Assembly: GCA_963716985.1 (NCBI GenBank)
Contig: OY970323.1
Location: forward strand, 640,001 to 704,000
Origin: an uncultured bacterium
GTDB lineage: Bacteria; Chlamydiota; Chlamydiia; Chlamydiales; SM23-39
Direction of reading: 5' to 3'
Length of the DNA stretch: 64,000 bases
Notes under the pieces: model-generated
Database searches by the model: none
Seen by the model: the letters and a program-made list of their open reading frames with translations, nothing else
Told to the model about the DNA's origin: nothing
Part shown: piece by piece, positions 36,472 through 47,238 of the stretch
Layout: the number at the start of each line of letters is the position of its first letter
How positions within the stretch are numbered: the stretch's first letter is position 1
Translations under genes and position numbers: made by a program

Positions 36472-38169
36472 TCATTTGACAGAAATAAGCTCTCTGGCTT
36501 TTTTCAATGCAGCGTTAATGTCGGTAAAAATTCGTCCTTCCCCAATGGTTTCCAACAGCCCAAAAATCTTAAGATTTTGCCTCGTTTGTCCGTGAACTTC
36601 AGATAAAAAAAGAATGATGTTGTTTTTTTTGCACTGGGCATAAAACTCATTGAGTCCGTCCATCCCAGAGGCATCGATCATGGGGACAAAGCGCATGCGA
36701 AGAATAAAAACCTTCTGCGCAGTAGTAGAATTGTTTAACAGATCTCTGAGCATATTCGCAGCGCCAAAGAAAAATGGTCCTTGAATTTCATAGACCTCAA
36801 CGCCCGGAGGCACTAGTTTTTTAGAAATATCATCCGGGTCTTTTTTTTCAGGAAAATCTATTTGGCTTTCCTGAAAAATTTGGGATAGGGGTACAGCCCT
36901 TGACATTTGACTCATCTGTTTCATAAAAAGAAAACTTGCCAGAATCATCCCAACAGAAATAGCAACTGTTAGATCCACAAAGAGGGTCAAAAGAAATGTC
37001 GTCAAAAGGATGATGCGATCGCTTAAAGGAGCTTTAAGTAGGCGTATGAAGTGTCTCGCCTCGCTCATATTCCAAGAGATAATGACCAGGACGGCGGAAA
37101 GGGCTGCTAGAGGAATTTTACTTACGATAGGAGCCAGGCAATAGAGGATGAGAAATAAGACTAAGGCATGGATCATGCCAGCCAAAGGAGTTTGGGCGCC
37201 CGTCTTGATATTTGCCGCAGTCCGGGCGATTGCGCCAGTCGCAGGAATTCCACCGAAAATAGCTGAGCCAAAATTAGCAATTCCTTGAGCAATCAATTCA
37301 CAATTGGAACGATGCCGGCCACCGATCATCCCATCGCCAATTATTGCGGAAAGGAGCGATTCGATACTTGCCAGAAATGCAATCGTAAGTCCATTGGTGA
37401 GTATTTCTTTAAAGTTTTCAACGAAAATCATAAAGCTCGGTAACGTTGGAACGGGCAAGCTTCTTGGGATCTCGCCAAAACGCGATTGAATCGTTTCTAA
37501 AGGCAGGTCAAATAGTATGCAAGCGGCTGTCGCAAGAGCAATGGCGCTGATTCCCCAGGGAAACCAGGGAATTAAGCGCCGAATCAATAGCATGACTCCC
37601 AAGGTTCCCATCGCGATCGAGAAAGTGAGAGGATCAAAAGTGAGAAAAGCCTGGGAATAAGCGATTAATTTCGCGGCAAAGTCAATCGGCGGAGTTCCCA
37701 TTTTTAATCCAAAAAAATCCTTGATTTGCATTGAAAAAATGATCACCGCAATTCCTGAGGTAAATCCAGTAATCAACGGGTTCGGAATATATTTGATCCA
37801 ATAACCAATACGAAAAATCCCCAATAAAACAAGAATGAGCGCAGCGACCATCATCGACAGGCAAAGACCGTCATAACCTGTTCTTTGAAGGATTCCATAG
37901 ACAATAATAGCAAAAGCACCTGTGGGGCCACCTATTTGGATGCGACTGCCTCCAAATGCTGAAATCAGAAAACCAGCGACGATCGCAGTAAATAGTCCAC
38001 GAGAAGGCTCTGCGCCGGAAGCAATCGCAAAAGCCATTGCAAGAGGAAGCGCAATGATTCCGATGGTAACCCCAGCTAACAGGTCTTTTTTAAATGTCGA
38101 AAATTTATAGCCACTGCGCAGATAAAGATAAGATTTTGGTATAAATTCATGGAATTTAGAAAAACGCAT
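36472..38169 (-). CDS. SulP-family anion transporter with STAS domain
   Basis: DLLAGVTIGIIALPLAMAFAIASG, GPTGAF, ELIAQGIAN and STAS GPFFFGAA...IDASG motifs. Confidence 0.95.
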   Translation of the reverse strand: MRFSKFHEFIPKSYLYLRSGYKFSTFKKDLLAGVTIGIIALPLAMAFAIASGAEPSRGLFTAIVAGFLISAFGGSRIQIGGPTGAFAIIVYGILQRTGYDGLCLSMMVAALILVLLGIFRIGYWIKYIPNPLITGFTSGIAVIIFSMQIKDFFGLKMGTPPIDFAAKLIAYSQAFLTFDPLTFSIAMGTLGVMLLIRRLIPWFPWGISAIALATAACILFDLPLETIQSRFGEIPRSLPVPTLPSFMIFVENFKEILTNGLTIAFLASIESLLSAIIGDGMIGGRHRSNCELIAQGIANFGSAIFGGIPATGAIARTAANIKTGAQTPLAGMIHALVLFLILYCLAPIVSKIPLAALSAVLVIISWNMSEARHFIRLLKAPLSDRIILLTTFLLTLFVDLTVAISVGMILASFLFMKQMSQMSRAVPLSQIFQESQIDFPEKKDPDDISKKLVPPGVEVYEIQGPFFFGAANMLRDLLNNSTTAQKVFILRMRFVPMIDASGMDGLNEFYAQCKKNNIILFLSEVHGQTRQNLKIFGLLETIGEGRIFTDINAALKKARELISVK

Positions 38170-38270
38170 AAAAACCTTTTAGGTGAACAAAAATTTATTG
38201 TAAGGCAATTTGAAAAAACTAAAAGAAAAAACAGTTTTTCGAAGGACATTATTTAATGCTTATGGGCGTA

Positions 38271-38372
38271 CTAGTGCTCTGTCATAGTTAAAATTTAGGA
38301 TTATAAGTTTGGCAACGGTCGGCATAAACTCAAGTCAATTTATCCTAAAATTAAAGGGTGACAGAGCACTAG
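38271..38372 (-). mobile_element. 102-bp MITE, copy 3 (inverted, 3 substitutions)
   Basis: Reverse complement of 18211-18312; CTAG at both ends. Confidence 0.9.
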
Positions 38373-38736
38373 TATACGTTTCTATTCCCATAGTGGGGGG
38401 AGGGACGGAAAGAAATTGTGAATTAGCAACTTTAATACTCTCCCTAAGAGGGTTAGGTCAATTTAACTTTTCTGTGCAACTCTTTTCTTAATCGGCGTCC
38501 CTGCTTGCTTTTTTCCCTATCCTTGAAAGGCTTGCTTGCAAATAGGCGAGTCCGTGAAAAGGCATCCCCCGACATCTTGAGAACAATTCCTGTGATTTAA
38601 AATGGTAGATGGGCAAAATAGAGCATGTGGGAATTGTTATCGATTAATAATAAACTACATAAATACATAAAAAAGTCTTAATAAATGGTTAAGAGCCGAA
38701 TTCCATCAAGAGACACTAAGAACCTTTGGATGCTAG

Positions 38737-39759
38737 ATGAATGAAAAGTTGCTATTTTTGCCCCTGATTGCTGATGGAGAGGACAAAAGCTCTCCTCTAA
38801 AAAATCGCATGAGAAAAAACTATCGATATGTGCGCAAATGGGCGAAGAGAACACAGACCAACTGCTTCCGCATCTACGATCGCGAAATCAAAGAATATCC
38901 CCTTGCAATCGACTTTTATGACGGTCGCTTTTGCGTTCACTATTTTACGAGTTCTCGAGAGTGTGATGAACCGCGTCAAGATCTCTATGATGAAGCTGTA
39001 AGTGCGATCTGCTCGATCTTTAACACGTCTGCTGATTCGATCTACTGGCGGACGCGAATCAAGAGGGAAAAAACTCAGCAGTATGAAAAAAACAGTAAGT
39101 CCGATGAGTTCTTTACAGTTCTTGAATATGGGGTCAAATTCAAGGTCAATCTTCTTGACTATCTCGATACGGGGCTTTTTCTCGACCATCGCGAAACGCG
39201 AAAGGTCGTTTCGTCGATGGCTCATGGAAAACGTTTGCTCAACCTTTTTGCATATACCTGCTCGTTTAGCGTTCATGCGGCTTTGGCGGGGGCGGCCTTT
39301 ACCAAGAGCGTAGATATGTCCAACACTTATACTGATTGGGGAAGGGATAATTTTCTTTTGAATTCAATTTCTTTGAAAAACAATCCGATTGTGCGGGAGG
39401 ATTGTTTGAAATTTCTCGATGAAGAAAAAGGGGAAAAATATGATCTCATCGTAATCGATCCGCCGACGATTTCTCGCTCCAAAAAGATGGATCAGATGTT
39501 TGATGTGCAGGTGGATTATGCTCGTTTAATATCAAAGGCTTTCCCTCTTTTATCTAGAGAAGGAACGATTTTTTTCAGCACGAACTCTCGCAAATTTGAT
39601 TTTGATGAACAGTTGTTTCCGGACAGCTCCATCCAAGAAATATCCCAAAAGACAATCCCAATCGATTTTCATAATCAAAAGATCCATCGCTGCTGGAAGA
39701 TTAGACCGCGGGAAAACGTGGCCGCTTGCGTTCCGCATGCGGAGATGAAAATTTTTTGA
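38737..39759 (+). CDS. Class I SAM-dependent rRNA methyltransferase (RlmK/RlmI-like)
   Basis: RIYDREI, YLDTGLFLDHR, LNLFAYTCSFS, VDMSNTY and DPPT motifs. Confidence 0.9.
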   Translation: MNEKLLFLPLIADGEDKSSPLKNRMRKNYRYVRKWAKRTQTNCFRIYDREIKEYPLAIDFYDGRFCVHYFTSSRECDEPRQDLYDEAVSAICSIFNTSADSIYWRTRIKREKTQQYEKNSKSDEFFTVLEYGVKFKVNLLDYLDTGLFLDHRETRKVVSSMAHGKRLLNLFAYTCSFSVHAALAGAAFTKSVDMSNTYTDWGRDNFLLNSISLKNNPIVREDCLKFLDEEKGEKYDLIVIDPPTISRSKKMDQMFDVQVDYARLISKAFPLLSREGTIFFSTNSRKFDFDEQLFPDSSIQEISQKTIPIDFHNQKIHRCWKIRPRENVAACVPHAEMKIF

Positions 39760-39778
39760 TTTTTTGCAAATGCGCGTA

Positions 39779-40129
39779 TCAATCGCGATAGTCAAAGCGG
39801 CGGAGACGTTTTTTTTCGCGTTCTTTTGACTTTTTGATTCTGTTTTTGTTCGCGATAGATTTGGATGGGCGCGTCGGGATGCGCTTTGGTTTTCTGTAGT
39901 TGAGCTTTGCTACTGCGTTGCGTAATTTCTCAAGACAATCCATTTTGTTCAAATATTGACTTCGCTCTTTTTGACTTGTGACGATGATTCCTGTTGGAAT
40001 ATGGGTAAGGCGGACGGCGCTGTCGGTGACGTTGACATGCTGACCCCCCTTTCCGCTGGCGCGGCAAGTGGTGATTTTGCACTCTGCAAGAAGCTCTTCA
40101 TCCGACGAGGGAAGATGGATTTTAACCAT
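39779..40129 (-). CDS. Peptidyl-tRNA hydrolase, ArfB/YaeJ-like (GGQ)
   Basis: [28 protein letters not shown] and a basic C-terminal tail. Confidence 0.85.
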   Translation of the reverse strand: MVKIHLPSSDEELLAECKITTCRASGKGGQHVNVTDSAVRLTHIPTGIIVTSQKERSQYLNKMDCLEKLRNAVAKLNYRKPKRIPTRPSKSIANKNRIKKSKEREKKRLRRFDYRD

Positions 40130-40430
40130 AGTTTGTTTCACCCGTGTTTTTATTGGCAGAATTGACCAGAGCAAGTTTTTCATTCCGGCTCAATTTCTTG
40201 ATGGCCATCTCTTGTTTTGAGGCGTCCGAGCGGTTGGAACAGGACTTGCGAAAGACCACTCTTTTGGGACTTGAAAAATAAAAAAAACGCGCTCCTTTTT
40301 GCTTTTTCTGGTGCTGCCGGAAGCGGCGGCCCAGGTTGTTGGTGATGCCCGTATAAAACTTGCCCGCTTTGGTTTCGATCACATAAACTTCCCATTGAGA
40401 TGGTGCCGACCTCTTTATTTTGCATTCCAC
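40122..40430 (-). CDS. GIY-YIG nuclease family protein (UPF0213-like)
   Basis: VYVI....[13 protein letters not shown]...GARF...A.K.E..IKKLSR. Confidence 0.85.
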   Translation of the reverse strand: MECKIKRSAPSQWEVYVIETKAGKFYTGITNNLGRRFRQHQKKQKGARFFYFSSPKRVVFRKSCSNRSDASKQEMAIKKLSRNEKLALVNSANKNTGETNYG

Positions 40431-40706
40431 GTCAAATTCTCGCGCGCGACTTTGTTTATTGCCCGCTTCCTCTATTGATCATTCTAACAATAATTGTTAA
40501 GTTTTGTAATATTTATAATAAACTTCTAATTTTTAATTACTTGCGCAGTTTTTTCCTGGAAAGAAAACGAGTTTTTGTGAAAGGAAATCGAGGATGTGAT
40601 AAACTCTTAGGTCTTTTTAGAGAAAAAATATTCTGGATTTTTGAATGTTCCGATCGCAAAAGCGAAGGATCTCTTGGACATGGACAAAAGATAAGGAGAA
40701 AAACGT

Positions 40707-41570
40707 ATGAACTTCGTATGGATTATCGTCGTTGCTTTGGTTTGTTTGGTTTTTTTTGGAATTCGAATCGTTCGGCCCACCCAACGCGGCTTGGTGGAGA
40801 GATTTGGCAAATATAAGCGATTTGCAGAACCTGGATTGAACTGGGTTTTTCCCTTGGGAGTGGACCGTATTTACATAGTGAATGTGACGGAGCAGATGGT
40901 GGATGCTCAGCCGCAGGAAATTATTACTAACGATAATTTGAATGCTAAGGTGGATGCGCAGGTATATTTTAAGGTGAAGCCAGATGAACAGAGCGTGAAA
41001 AAATCGCAATATAATGTCAATTGTTGCCGTGTACAGATTGTGAGCTTGGTACGCACGACCTTGCGAAATATTATCGGGACCTTGACTTTACGATCTGCAA
41101 ATAGCGAACGCGGAAAAATTAATTCCGAGCTGCACAAGACGCTGATGGAAGAGACCAGCAACTGGGGCATAGAGATTGTCAGGACCGAGCTCAAAGAAAT
41201 CGATCCGCCCAAAGATGTGCAAGAGACGATGAACAAAGTGGTAAAAGCTGAGAACGAAAAAATTGCCGCAATCGATTCTGCAACGGCCAAGGAGACGGAA
41301 GCCGATGGGCAGAAGAGAGCGGAGATTAAGAAAGCCGAAGGGATTAAGCAGGCAAGAATTTTAGAGGCGGAGGGCGAGGCAAAAGCCATTCAATTGGTCA
41401 ACGAAGCGGCTGATAAATATTTTGTCGGCAATGCCCAGATTTTACGCAGATTGGAAACCGTAGAAAAAGCAATGTCGAATAACACCAAAGTAGTGATTCC
41501 CTCTCAGACCGAACTGGTAAATGTGATTGGCGATTTGGCCGGCGTGCTGCCGCTTGTTAAGAAAAAATAA
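40707..41570 (+). CDS. SPFH / band 7 (stomatin-like) membrane protein
   Basis: N-terminal TM, GLVERFGKY, QEIITNDN...VDA, TTLRNIIG and AEGEAKAI motifs. Confidence 0.92.
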   Translation: MNFVWIIVVALVCLVFFGIRIVRPTQRGLVERFGKYKRFAEPGLNWVFPLGVDRIYIVNVTEQMVDAQPQEIITNDNLNAKVDAQVYFKVKPDEQSVKKSQYNVNCCRVQIVSLVRTTLRNIIGTLTLRSANSERGKINSELHKTLMEETSNWGIEIVRTELKEIDPPKDVQETMNKVVKAENEKIAAIDSATAKETEADGQKRAEIKKAEGIKQARILEAEGEAKAIQLVNEAADKYFVGNAQILRRLETVEKAMSNNTKVVIPSQTELVNVIGDLAGVLPLVKKK

Positions 41571-41616
41571 TTGCGTTAAAGAATGGGCATTTGTTGAAAA
41601 TGAGAAGTGGGGACCG

Positions 41617-42021
41617 ATGAAGCAAATCTTTCGCTATGGCGCTTATGGAGTAGTGCGCAAAGACTCTCAATTGCTCGTGACGCGCAAAAAATCGGGCCCT
41701 TATCAGGGGCTTTGGGGACTCCCGGGCGGATTGATTGAATTTGGAGAGACCCCCGAAGAGGCATTGAAACGCGAACTGATGGAAGAAACGGCTTTAGAAG
41801 GGAGCGAACTAAAGCTACTCTTCATCGCTTCCAATGTGGGCACGTGCGATCAGAAAGGAGAGAAGCATCTCTTCCATCACGTGGGCATTGTCTATCAAGT
41901 TCATCAGATCAGATGTTTGCCCCACTTGGTGGCTGAAGAAGAGAGTTGTTGGATTTTGCTAAAAGATATGCGCCAAGAAGAGCTGACGCCCTTTGCCCAA
42001 CAGGCGCAAAAATTTTTCTAA
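41617..42021 (+). CDS. Nudix hydrolase
   Basis: Nudix box GGLIEFGETPEEALKRELMEETAL. Confidence 0.9.
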   Translation: MKQIFRYGAYGVVRKDSQLLVTRKKSGPYQGLWGLPGGLIEFGETPEEALKRELMEETALEGSELKLLFIASNVGTCDQKGEKHLFHHVGIVYQVHQIRCLPHLVAEEESCWILLKDMRQEELTPFAQQAQKFF

Positions 42022-42041
42022 CATCTTTTGCGGAGCTATCA

Positions 42042-42719
42042 ATGAAAATCAATATCTATCCGAGACATGAATGTTCCAAGGCGGAGGGGCTTTGTGTTGT
42101 GATTGACGTTTTGCGCGCTTTTACTACTGCGGCATTCGCATTTGGGTCGGGGGCGAAAGAAATTTTCTTGGTTTCGTCTCCCGAAGACGCTTTTCACAAA
42201 TATTCTCAGGATCCTTCATTGGTTTTAATGGGAGAAAAGGGGGGGCGGCGCATAGAGGGTTTTCATTACGGAAATTCTCCGGTGGATATTGCCCGTGCTT
42301 CTTTAACTGGTCGAAGTATTGTTCAAAGAACATCCTCCGGCACCCAAGGAGTTGTGGGGTGTCGCCATGCAAGTCATTTAATGATCGCAAGTTTTGTTGT
42401 GGCAAAGGCAACTCTAAAGCATATCCTTGCACTACAACCATCCATTGCGTCCTTTATTGTGACAGGCACGCGGAATGGCGATGAAGACCTTTCTTTTGCT
42501 GAGTACTTGCAGGCGCAGATCTTGGGTCAAAAAGTTTCGTTACATTCATTTCTTGATCGGGTACGAACTTCTCCATTGGGAAAAACCTTTGCCGATCCTG
42601 CAATTCCAGAATTTTCACAAGAAGATCTGCAATATGCATTGCAAGCGGACCGGTTTTCGTTTGCAATGGAGGTTTTTAAAGAAGGCGAAGATTTAATTGC
42701 AAGACAGGTGGCAACTTAA
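42042..42719 (+). CDS. 2-phosphosulfolactate phosphatase (ComB) family
   Basis: VVIDVLRAFTT, GEKGG...GF.YGNSP, TSSGTQ and ED motifs. Confidence 0.88.
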   Translation: MKINIYPRHECSKAEGLCVVIDVLRAFTTAAFAFGSGAKEIFLVSSPEDAFHKYSQDPSLVLMGEKGGRRIEGFHYGNSPVDIARASLTGRSIVQRTSSGTQGVVGCRHASHLMIASFVVAKATLKHILALQPSIASFIVTGTRNGDEDLSFAEYLQAQILGQKVSLHSFLDRVRTSPLGKTFADPAIPEFSQEDLQYALQADRFSFAMEVFKEGEDLIARQVAT

Positions 42720-43940
42720 TTTCAAATTTTCGGTTTTTTGATTTTCTTCTTTAGTGTTTGAAGAAGCCCCCTCTAGGTAATTCTTAATCCCGTGAAAGTA
42801 GGCGCTTGCCACCTCTTTCACTCTTTTGGGGCACGATTGACCTGCAATTTCCATATCATAGGTGCTTAGCCGGCTCACCTCTTTCTCATTGTTTTGTACG
42901 AGAGATTCTCCATAACACAAAGGGCTGTGAACTAGACGCGTCAAAGCTAAATTCCGAGAATAGATGCCCATCTCCTGCAAGAGACAGGAGGGGTGGGCAG
43001 AGGATCGTTTTTCATTGCAAAGTGAAGGGACGTCTAGTTGATCCACGAACTGGGGAAGAATGCAGCGGGCAAGTTCTAGAGACTCTTCCAGATCGTCGCT
43101 AACAATCATACGCAAAAATTCATAGCGATCCTCAGCTTGGCACAATTCATTGGCGCAAAAAGCGCCGGGGATGAATGCGAGAGTGTAATTTGTTTGCGTC
43201 AGCAGGGCTCCTTGCTCTTTTTCAAACTCGCTTAAATGCCAATTGTAATGAATGATAATCGTAAGATCGGGAGCAAATGCATTGATCGCCTCGGCTCTTG
43301 CGTAAAGATCTGCTCTATTGTAGTAGTTGCGAAAAAGGTTGCGAAGAGTCTCCTCATTTTTCCAAAGTAAAGGGTATTGTTGCACCCATTCAAAGAAATT
43401 TTCCCGGATTGCGCCCTGTCCTATCCCCGGACGTGTAATCAAAACCTTTGCGCCCTCAGCTTCCAAAAGCGATTTGAGTGCAACTGCGGTTAGATAGGTT
43501 AAAGTGCCTTCGTTAAAATTGAAGGGGCCGTCTCCCTTTGCTTTTTCTCTAGGAATGCTTATATACCGCTCCTCGAGCGCTGCATAGGCACCTCCGAAAT
43601 GTCCCGGATCAATCGCAATTTTGGCGTTTTTCAGCTTAGGTTTGCATCTGCCCTTGGACTTCATGGGGTGCACATCTGTTGTTAAGTGCAATACATAGTC
43701 GGTCTGCTGGCTTGCGAAATCGCCGATGTAAAGAGCCTCGGGTGTAATCTGGTAAAATCTCTTAATTTGGGGATCTTTTTCCAAATAGGTTTTGATCTTT
43801 TTTTCGACCATTTCTTTAGTGAGCACATTTTGATAGGAATCAAAATCATGAAAATCGCTGCTAAACAAATGTCCAGAAAACAAGAGTAATCCAAAAATTA
43901 AGGCAGATAATACTGATCTTATCAAACTTATTCCGAGCAT
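42693..43940 (-). CDS. N-acetylmuramoyl-L-alanine amidase (Amidase_3-like), exported
   Basis: IAIDPGHFGG, E..LT, GAKVLITR and L..RA...N....D..I.IHYN motifs. Confidence 0.75.
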   Translation of the reverse strand: MLGISLIRSVLSALIFGLLLFSGHLFSSDFHDFDSYQNVLTKEMVEKKIKTYLEKDPQIKRFYQITPEALYIGDFASQQTDYVLHLTTDVHPMKSKGRCKPKLKNAKIAIDPGHFGGAYAALEERYISIPREKAKGDGPFNFNEGTLTYLTAVALKSLLEAEGAKVLITRPGIGQGAIRENFFEWVQQYPLLWKNEETLRNLFRNYYNRADLYARAEAINAFAPDLTIIIHYNWHLSEFEKEQGALLTQTNYTLAFIPGAFCANELCQAEDRYEFLRMIVSDDLEESLELARCILPQFVDQLDVPSLCNEKRSSAHPSCLLQEMGIYSRNLALTRLVHSPLCYGESLVQNNEKEVSRLSTYDMEIAGQSCPKRVKEVASAYFHGIKNYLEGASSNTKEENQKTENLKLSCHLSCN

Positions 43941-44056
43941 ATTGCACGATTATCTGCATTGGGTCTTATTTTTGGCCAGTTGAAAGTGCGTCGGATATTT
44001 TCCTTTTGGAAATTTCCATTTGCTGAAGGGAAAGGGGAAGAACAATAGGTCTCTTC

Positions 44057-44656
44057 TTAGATCTCCAGGGGTTTTGGCCGAATATACCAATAGGTCGGAC
44101 CATAATTATAAGTAAGCTGTTCGCCTATTTTTATCTCGCGAAGAGTGAGGAAAATTAGATGAAAAAAACCATCGATGAAAACATGGTGGGGTTTTAGATT
44201 GGGACATAAGCTGTGATTGATAAAGCGCGCATGGTTTCCATTGCTTGCGTCAATCACATGGCTTCTTCCAATGGAATCTGGAATGGGGTATTCATAGCAA
44301 TAATTATTGAGCGGCTCTAAGTATCTTCGGTCATTTCTTCGGACAATACCCGTATATTCGCCAAAAAAAGACCCAGTTTTTAAATTTTCAGCGGCATAAA
44401 GCCCATATCCCGCTTGTTTATTTATCCACTTGATTTTGACCTTCGGGAAGAAATGGGATTCGATTTTTAATTGGTATTTTCTACCGAACAGTAACGCTTT
44501 TTTCCCAATGCGTTTATTTTTCAATTCTTCAAGGCCTCTTTTTAAGATCTCTTGTCGACATACTTCGTTTTCGAAGGCAATGCCCGTAAGGTATTTGAAA
44601 CGGAAGCGTTTTTCCAAAAGTTGAATAGACAATTTTTCCCCCACTTTCGATCGCAC
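44057..44656 (-). CDS. SET-domain protein
   Basis: GYGLYA, GEYTG, GNHARFINHS and GEQLTYNYG motifs. Confidence 0.92.
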   Translation of the reverse strand: MRSKVGEKLSIQLLEKRFRFKYLTGIAFENEVCRQEILKRGLEELKNKRIGKKALLFGRKYQLKIESHFFPKVKIKWINKQAGYGLYAAENLKTGSFFGEYTGIVRRNDRRYLEPLNNYCYEYPIPDSIGRSHVIDASNGNHARFINHSLCPNLKPHHVFIDGFFHLIFLTLREIKIGEQLTYNYGPTYWYIRPKPLEI

Positions 44657-44779
44657 TAAAATCCTATTTTTTCAAAAGGCCAAATGCACGGCTCTTATCG
44701 GTTTTTCGATAGCGGGATGTTGACAGATTTTCAAAAAGCCATCCAGTTTTTTTTAGTAGATGAAATGGTCGACTCGCTT

Positions 44780-45313
44780 TCAATCCATTTTCGAGGGCAG
44801 CTTGATCCTATTTCCATCCACTACAAAAGACCCCTTGCCGCAATGATGAATCATGCGAGGCCTTTTTTTCGAAGGGCGGACCCAGGCTTTGAGAACTTGC
44901 AATATAAACATGTTATATTTCGAAGACATTTTCCCATCGATCACTTGGCATTCGAGATTTGCATATGCTTCCGTGAGAAGAGGCGCTCGTACGAGCATAG
45001 CCTTTTCTTGGGAGAGGTGAAATTTCTCGAATTTGTCCACTTGCCTTCCTGAGATATTTCCAACCAGGACCGTTTTTTTTGCCAGATCCACCGTTGGGAT
45101 GTTGATCACGCATTCTTTGGTTTTCTTTAATATGTCAAACGTATAGTTCTGATCGCTGACGACACATGCTATGAGGGGAGGAACAAAATCAATCATCATA
45201 TGCCATGACATGGTCATCACGTTGGGCCGCTCCAGATAGGTGGAGAGCATCACAACAGGTCCCGGCTCGAGGAGCTGATAAACTTTTGATAGAGGAAGGC
45301 TTCTTTTTGCCAT
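44780..45313 (-). CDS. Flavin reductase-like family protein
   Basis: LLEPGPVV, PNVMTMSW, ECVINIP, GN.SG..VDKF and NLEC motifs. Confidence 0.88.
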   Translation of the reverse strand: MAKRSLPLSKVYQLLEPGPVVMLSTYLERPNVMTMSWHMMIDFVPPLIACVVSDQNYTFDILKKTKECVINIPTVDLAKKTVLVGNISGRQVDKFEKFHLSQEKAMLVRAPLLTEAYANLECQVIDGKMSSKYNMFILQVLKAWVRPSKKRPRMIHHCGKGSFVVDGNRIKLPSKMD

Positions 45314-45412
45314 CGGGGCAACTCCTATTTCCTTTGACCCAATAAAATGACGGGCTTGTGCAGAGGCAATCCGACCCCTGCTATTTTGCAAGATAAGAAT
45401 ATCCTCTATTTT

Positions 45413-46129
45413 TCACAAGGCCCCCGCGAGTAGTTTTTTAAATAGTGCATTGTGCCTTTGTCTATATTCGTCGAAGGGAATTAAGGGGCTTTCGAGTTTT
45501 TTTTGCGTCTCTTCGGAGATTTTTCCGATCAAAACGATCTCGCTTCCGGCTTTTTGTAAAAGTCTTTTATAGGCAGCGATGATTTCTTGATCTTTTGGCT
45601 CTTCGGATTGTAAAAGCGATCCGCCGCCGCGATAGATTTCGCCGATGAGCTCTGTTTGAGAGTTTCTGCTCATTCGAAGAAAGAGCAGTTTTAATATTTC
45701 GAAGTGGGTTTGCTCCGGAAATCCGCAGTTGGACATTGCCACAATCTTTGCAGGGGTTTGTCTTTTTTTTGGATGGACAGATTCTCCTTTACTGTCTATT
45801 TCCATGAAAGGGTTGGCTTTGATAATGGATCGATCGAGAAAGTTTTTCAAAATTCCGGTGATGTTGTCTCTATACAAAGGCGATGCATAGAGAATCACAT
45901 CCACGTCCGATAAGTCGATGGATTGCATGTCGTCTTTGATGGCACATACCCCGGGAGTTTTAGCCCAACAAGTAAAACACGCACAGCAGGGATGGATGGA
46001 GAGTTCTGAGAGTAAAATATGCTGGCACTCGGCGCCCTCTTTTTTGGCTCCTTGCAAAAATTCCTCGATCATTAGGAAAGTGGTGCTTTTTTTTCCTTTG
46101 GGACTGCCGTTGATTGCGATGATTTTCAT
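45413..46129 (-). CDS. Flavodoxin-family (iron-sulfur flavoprotein-like) protein
   Basis: INGSPKG, CCACFTCW..TPG.C..KDDM, ASPLY and K.FLDR motifs. Confidence 0.88.
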   Translation of the reverse strand: MKIIAINGSPKGKKSTTFLMIEEFLQGAKKEGAECQHILLSELSIHPCCACFTCWAKTPGVCAIKDDMQSIDLSDVDVILYASPLYRDNITGILKNFLDRSIIKANPFMEIDSKGESVHPKKRQTPAKIVAMSNCGFPEQTHFEILKLLFLRMSRNSQTELIGEIYRGGGSLLQSEEPKDQEIIAAYKRLLQKAGSEIVLIGKISEETQKKLESPLIPFDEYRQRHNALFKKLLAGAL

Positions 46130-46683
46130 AGATTTGCCTCGATTTTTTTTTGAAGTATTCTCTTTTTGTACCAGGGAGGAAATGTTTTGATAAAAAGGAG
46201 CTTCATTGCAAATGCAGCCCCCCACACCATCCATCCGTTGAGGAGTCCTGGATGAAAATGTCTATAGAGATTGACCAGCGTGACGCATAGGAAGATGATG
46301 CCCAGTCCCGCTGTCAGTATCGTGTTTACTCGCATAAAGAGAGGGGAGTCCCAAAATTTTTCCTCCACTTCGTGTTTGGCATATTGGAGGGTAAACGGCT
46401 GGCGCACAAGTAGGGAAATGAAGGCAACAAGGGCAAAAAAAAGAGAAGAGAGGATCGATATGTGCTCCGTGATCCAGGGTGTTTTCAGAAACTGATCATT
46501 GAAGTAGTTGACTCCGAAAAAGATGAGGGAGCTCCATTCCAGGATAAAGCCTTTGCGCAGCTGGGAAAAAGAAAGAAGGGCAAAGGTGAGAGCTGAAAGG
46601 TAGCCATAGGAGGGGAAAAATGCTGCAATGAGTCCGGAAATAATCCAGGGGAAAAAAGTCATCAATGAGCGCATTTGTTTCAT
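46126..46683 (-). CDS. Hypothetical membrane protein
   Basis: Several TM segments and PFTLQYAK; translationally coupled between padR and the flavodoxin gene. Confidence 0.75.
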   Translation of the reverse strand: MKQMRSLMTFFPWIISGLIAAFFPSYGYLSALTFALLSFSQLRKGFILEWSSLIFFGVNYFNDQFLKTPWITEHISILSSLFFALVAFISLLVRQPFTLQYAKHEVEEKFWDSPLFMRVNTILTAGLGIIFLCVTLVNLYRHFHPGLLNGWMVWGAAFAMKLLFIKTFPPWYKKRILQKKIEANL

Positions 46684-47231
46684 GAAGAAATCCCTTCGAG
46701 TGTTTTTATCGACCTGGAACACCAGAGAATTTCCGCTTTGGCGCTGCAGATGCCATTTTGGAGCGTAAGGAGCCAGTAGACATGATGGGGCGAGTGGGTC
46801 TTTGTTTGGAGTTGCTGCAAGATTTGATTGTACTCTTTGAGGCGGCCTTTCATTTTTCGCTTTCGATTTTCGAGGCGCTGCATGCAATTTTTTTTGTTCA
46901 AGTTTTTTCCAAAAAACAACTTGAGCAGGGTTTCGTCGCGATGAATACTTTTTTCCTCCTCGGATGATTCGAGCCATTTATTAAGCTCTCTTTGGCCCAT
47001 GTCCGTAATGGAGTAGATATTTCGTTCTTTTTTTCCTTTTTCGCGCAGTTCTTGAAGCGCAACCCATCCGGATTTCTGCAGCTCGTTTAGCGCGGGATAG
47101 AGTTGGCCGTTGCTTTCTGACCAGAAGTAAGAAAGCGTCTGCTCAATCATTTTTTTGATATCGTAGCCCGATTGGGGTTGTATGGTAAGAAGCCCGAGTA
47201 TTGCAAATTTGGTTTTATTGAGTTTTTTCAT
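46680..47231 (-). CDS. PadR-family transcriptional regulator
   Basis: AILGLL...SGYDIKK...FWSES.GQLYPAL..L...Y.IT..G...L..WL pattern. Confidence 0.93.
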   Translation of the reverse strand: MKKLNKTKFAILGLLTIQPQSGYDIKKMIEQTLSYFWSESNGQLYPALNELQKSGWVALQELREKGKKERNIYSITDMGQRELNKWLESSEEEKSIHRDETLLKLFFGKNLNKKNCMQRLENRKRKMKGRLKEYNQILQQLQTKTHSPHHVYWLLTLQNGICSAKAEILWCSRSIKTLEGISS

Positions 47232-47238
47232 GATGATG

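Noticed and set aside
38373..38730. Possible gene remnant next to MITE copy 3
   Set aside because: Multiple stops and no identifiable homology.
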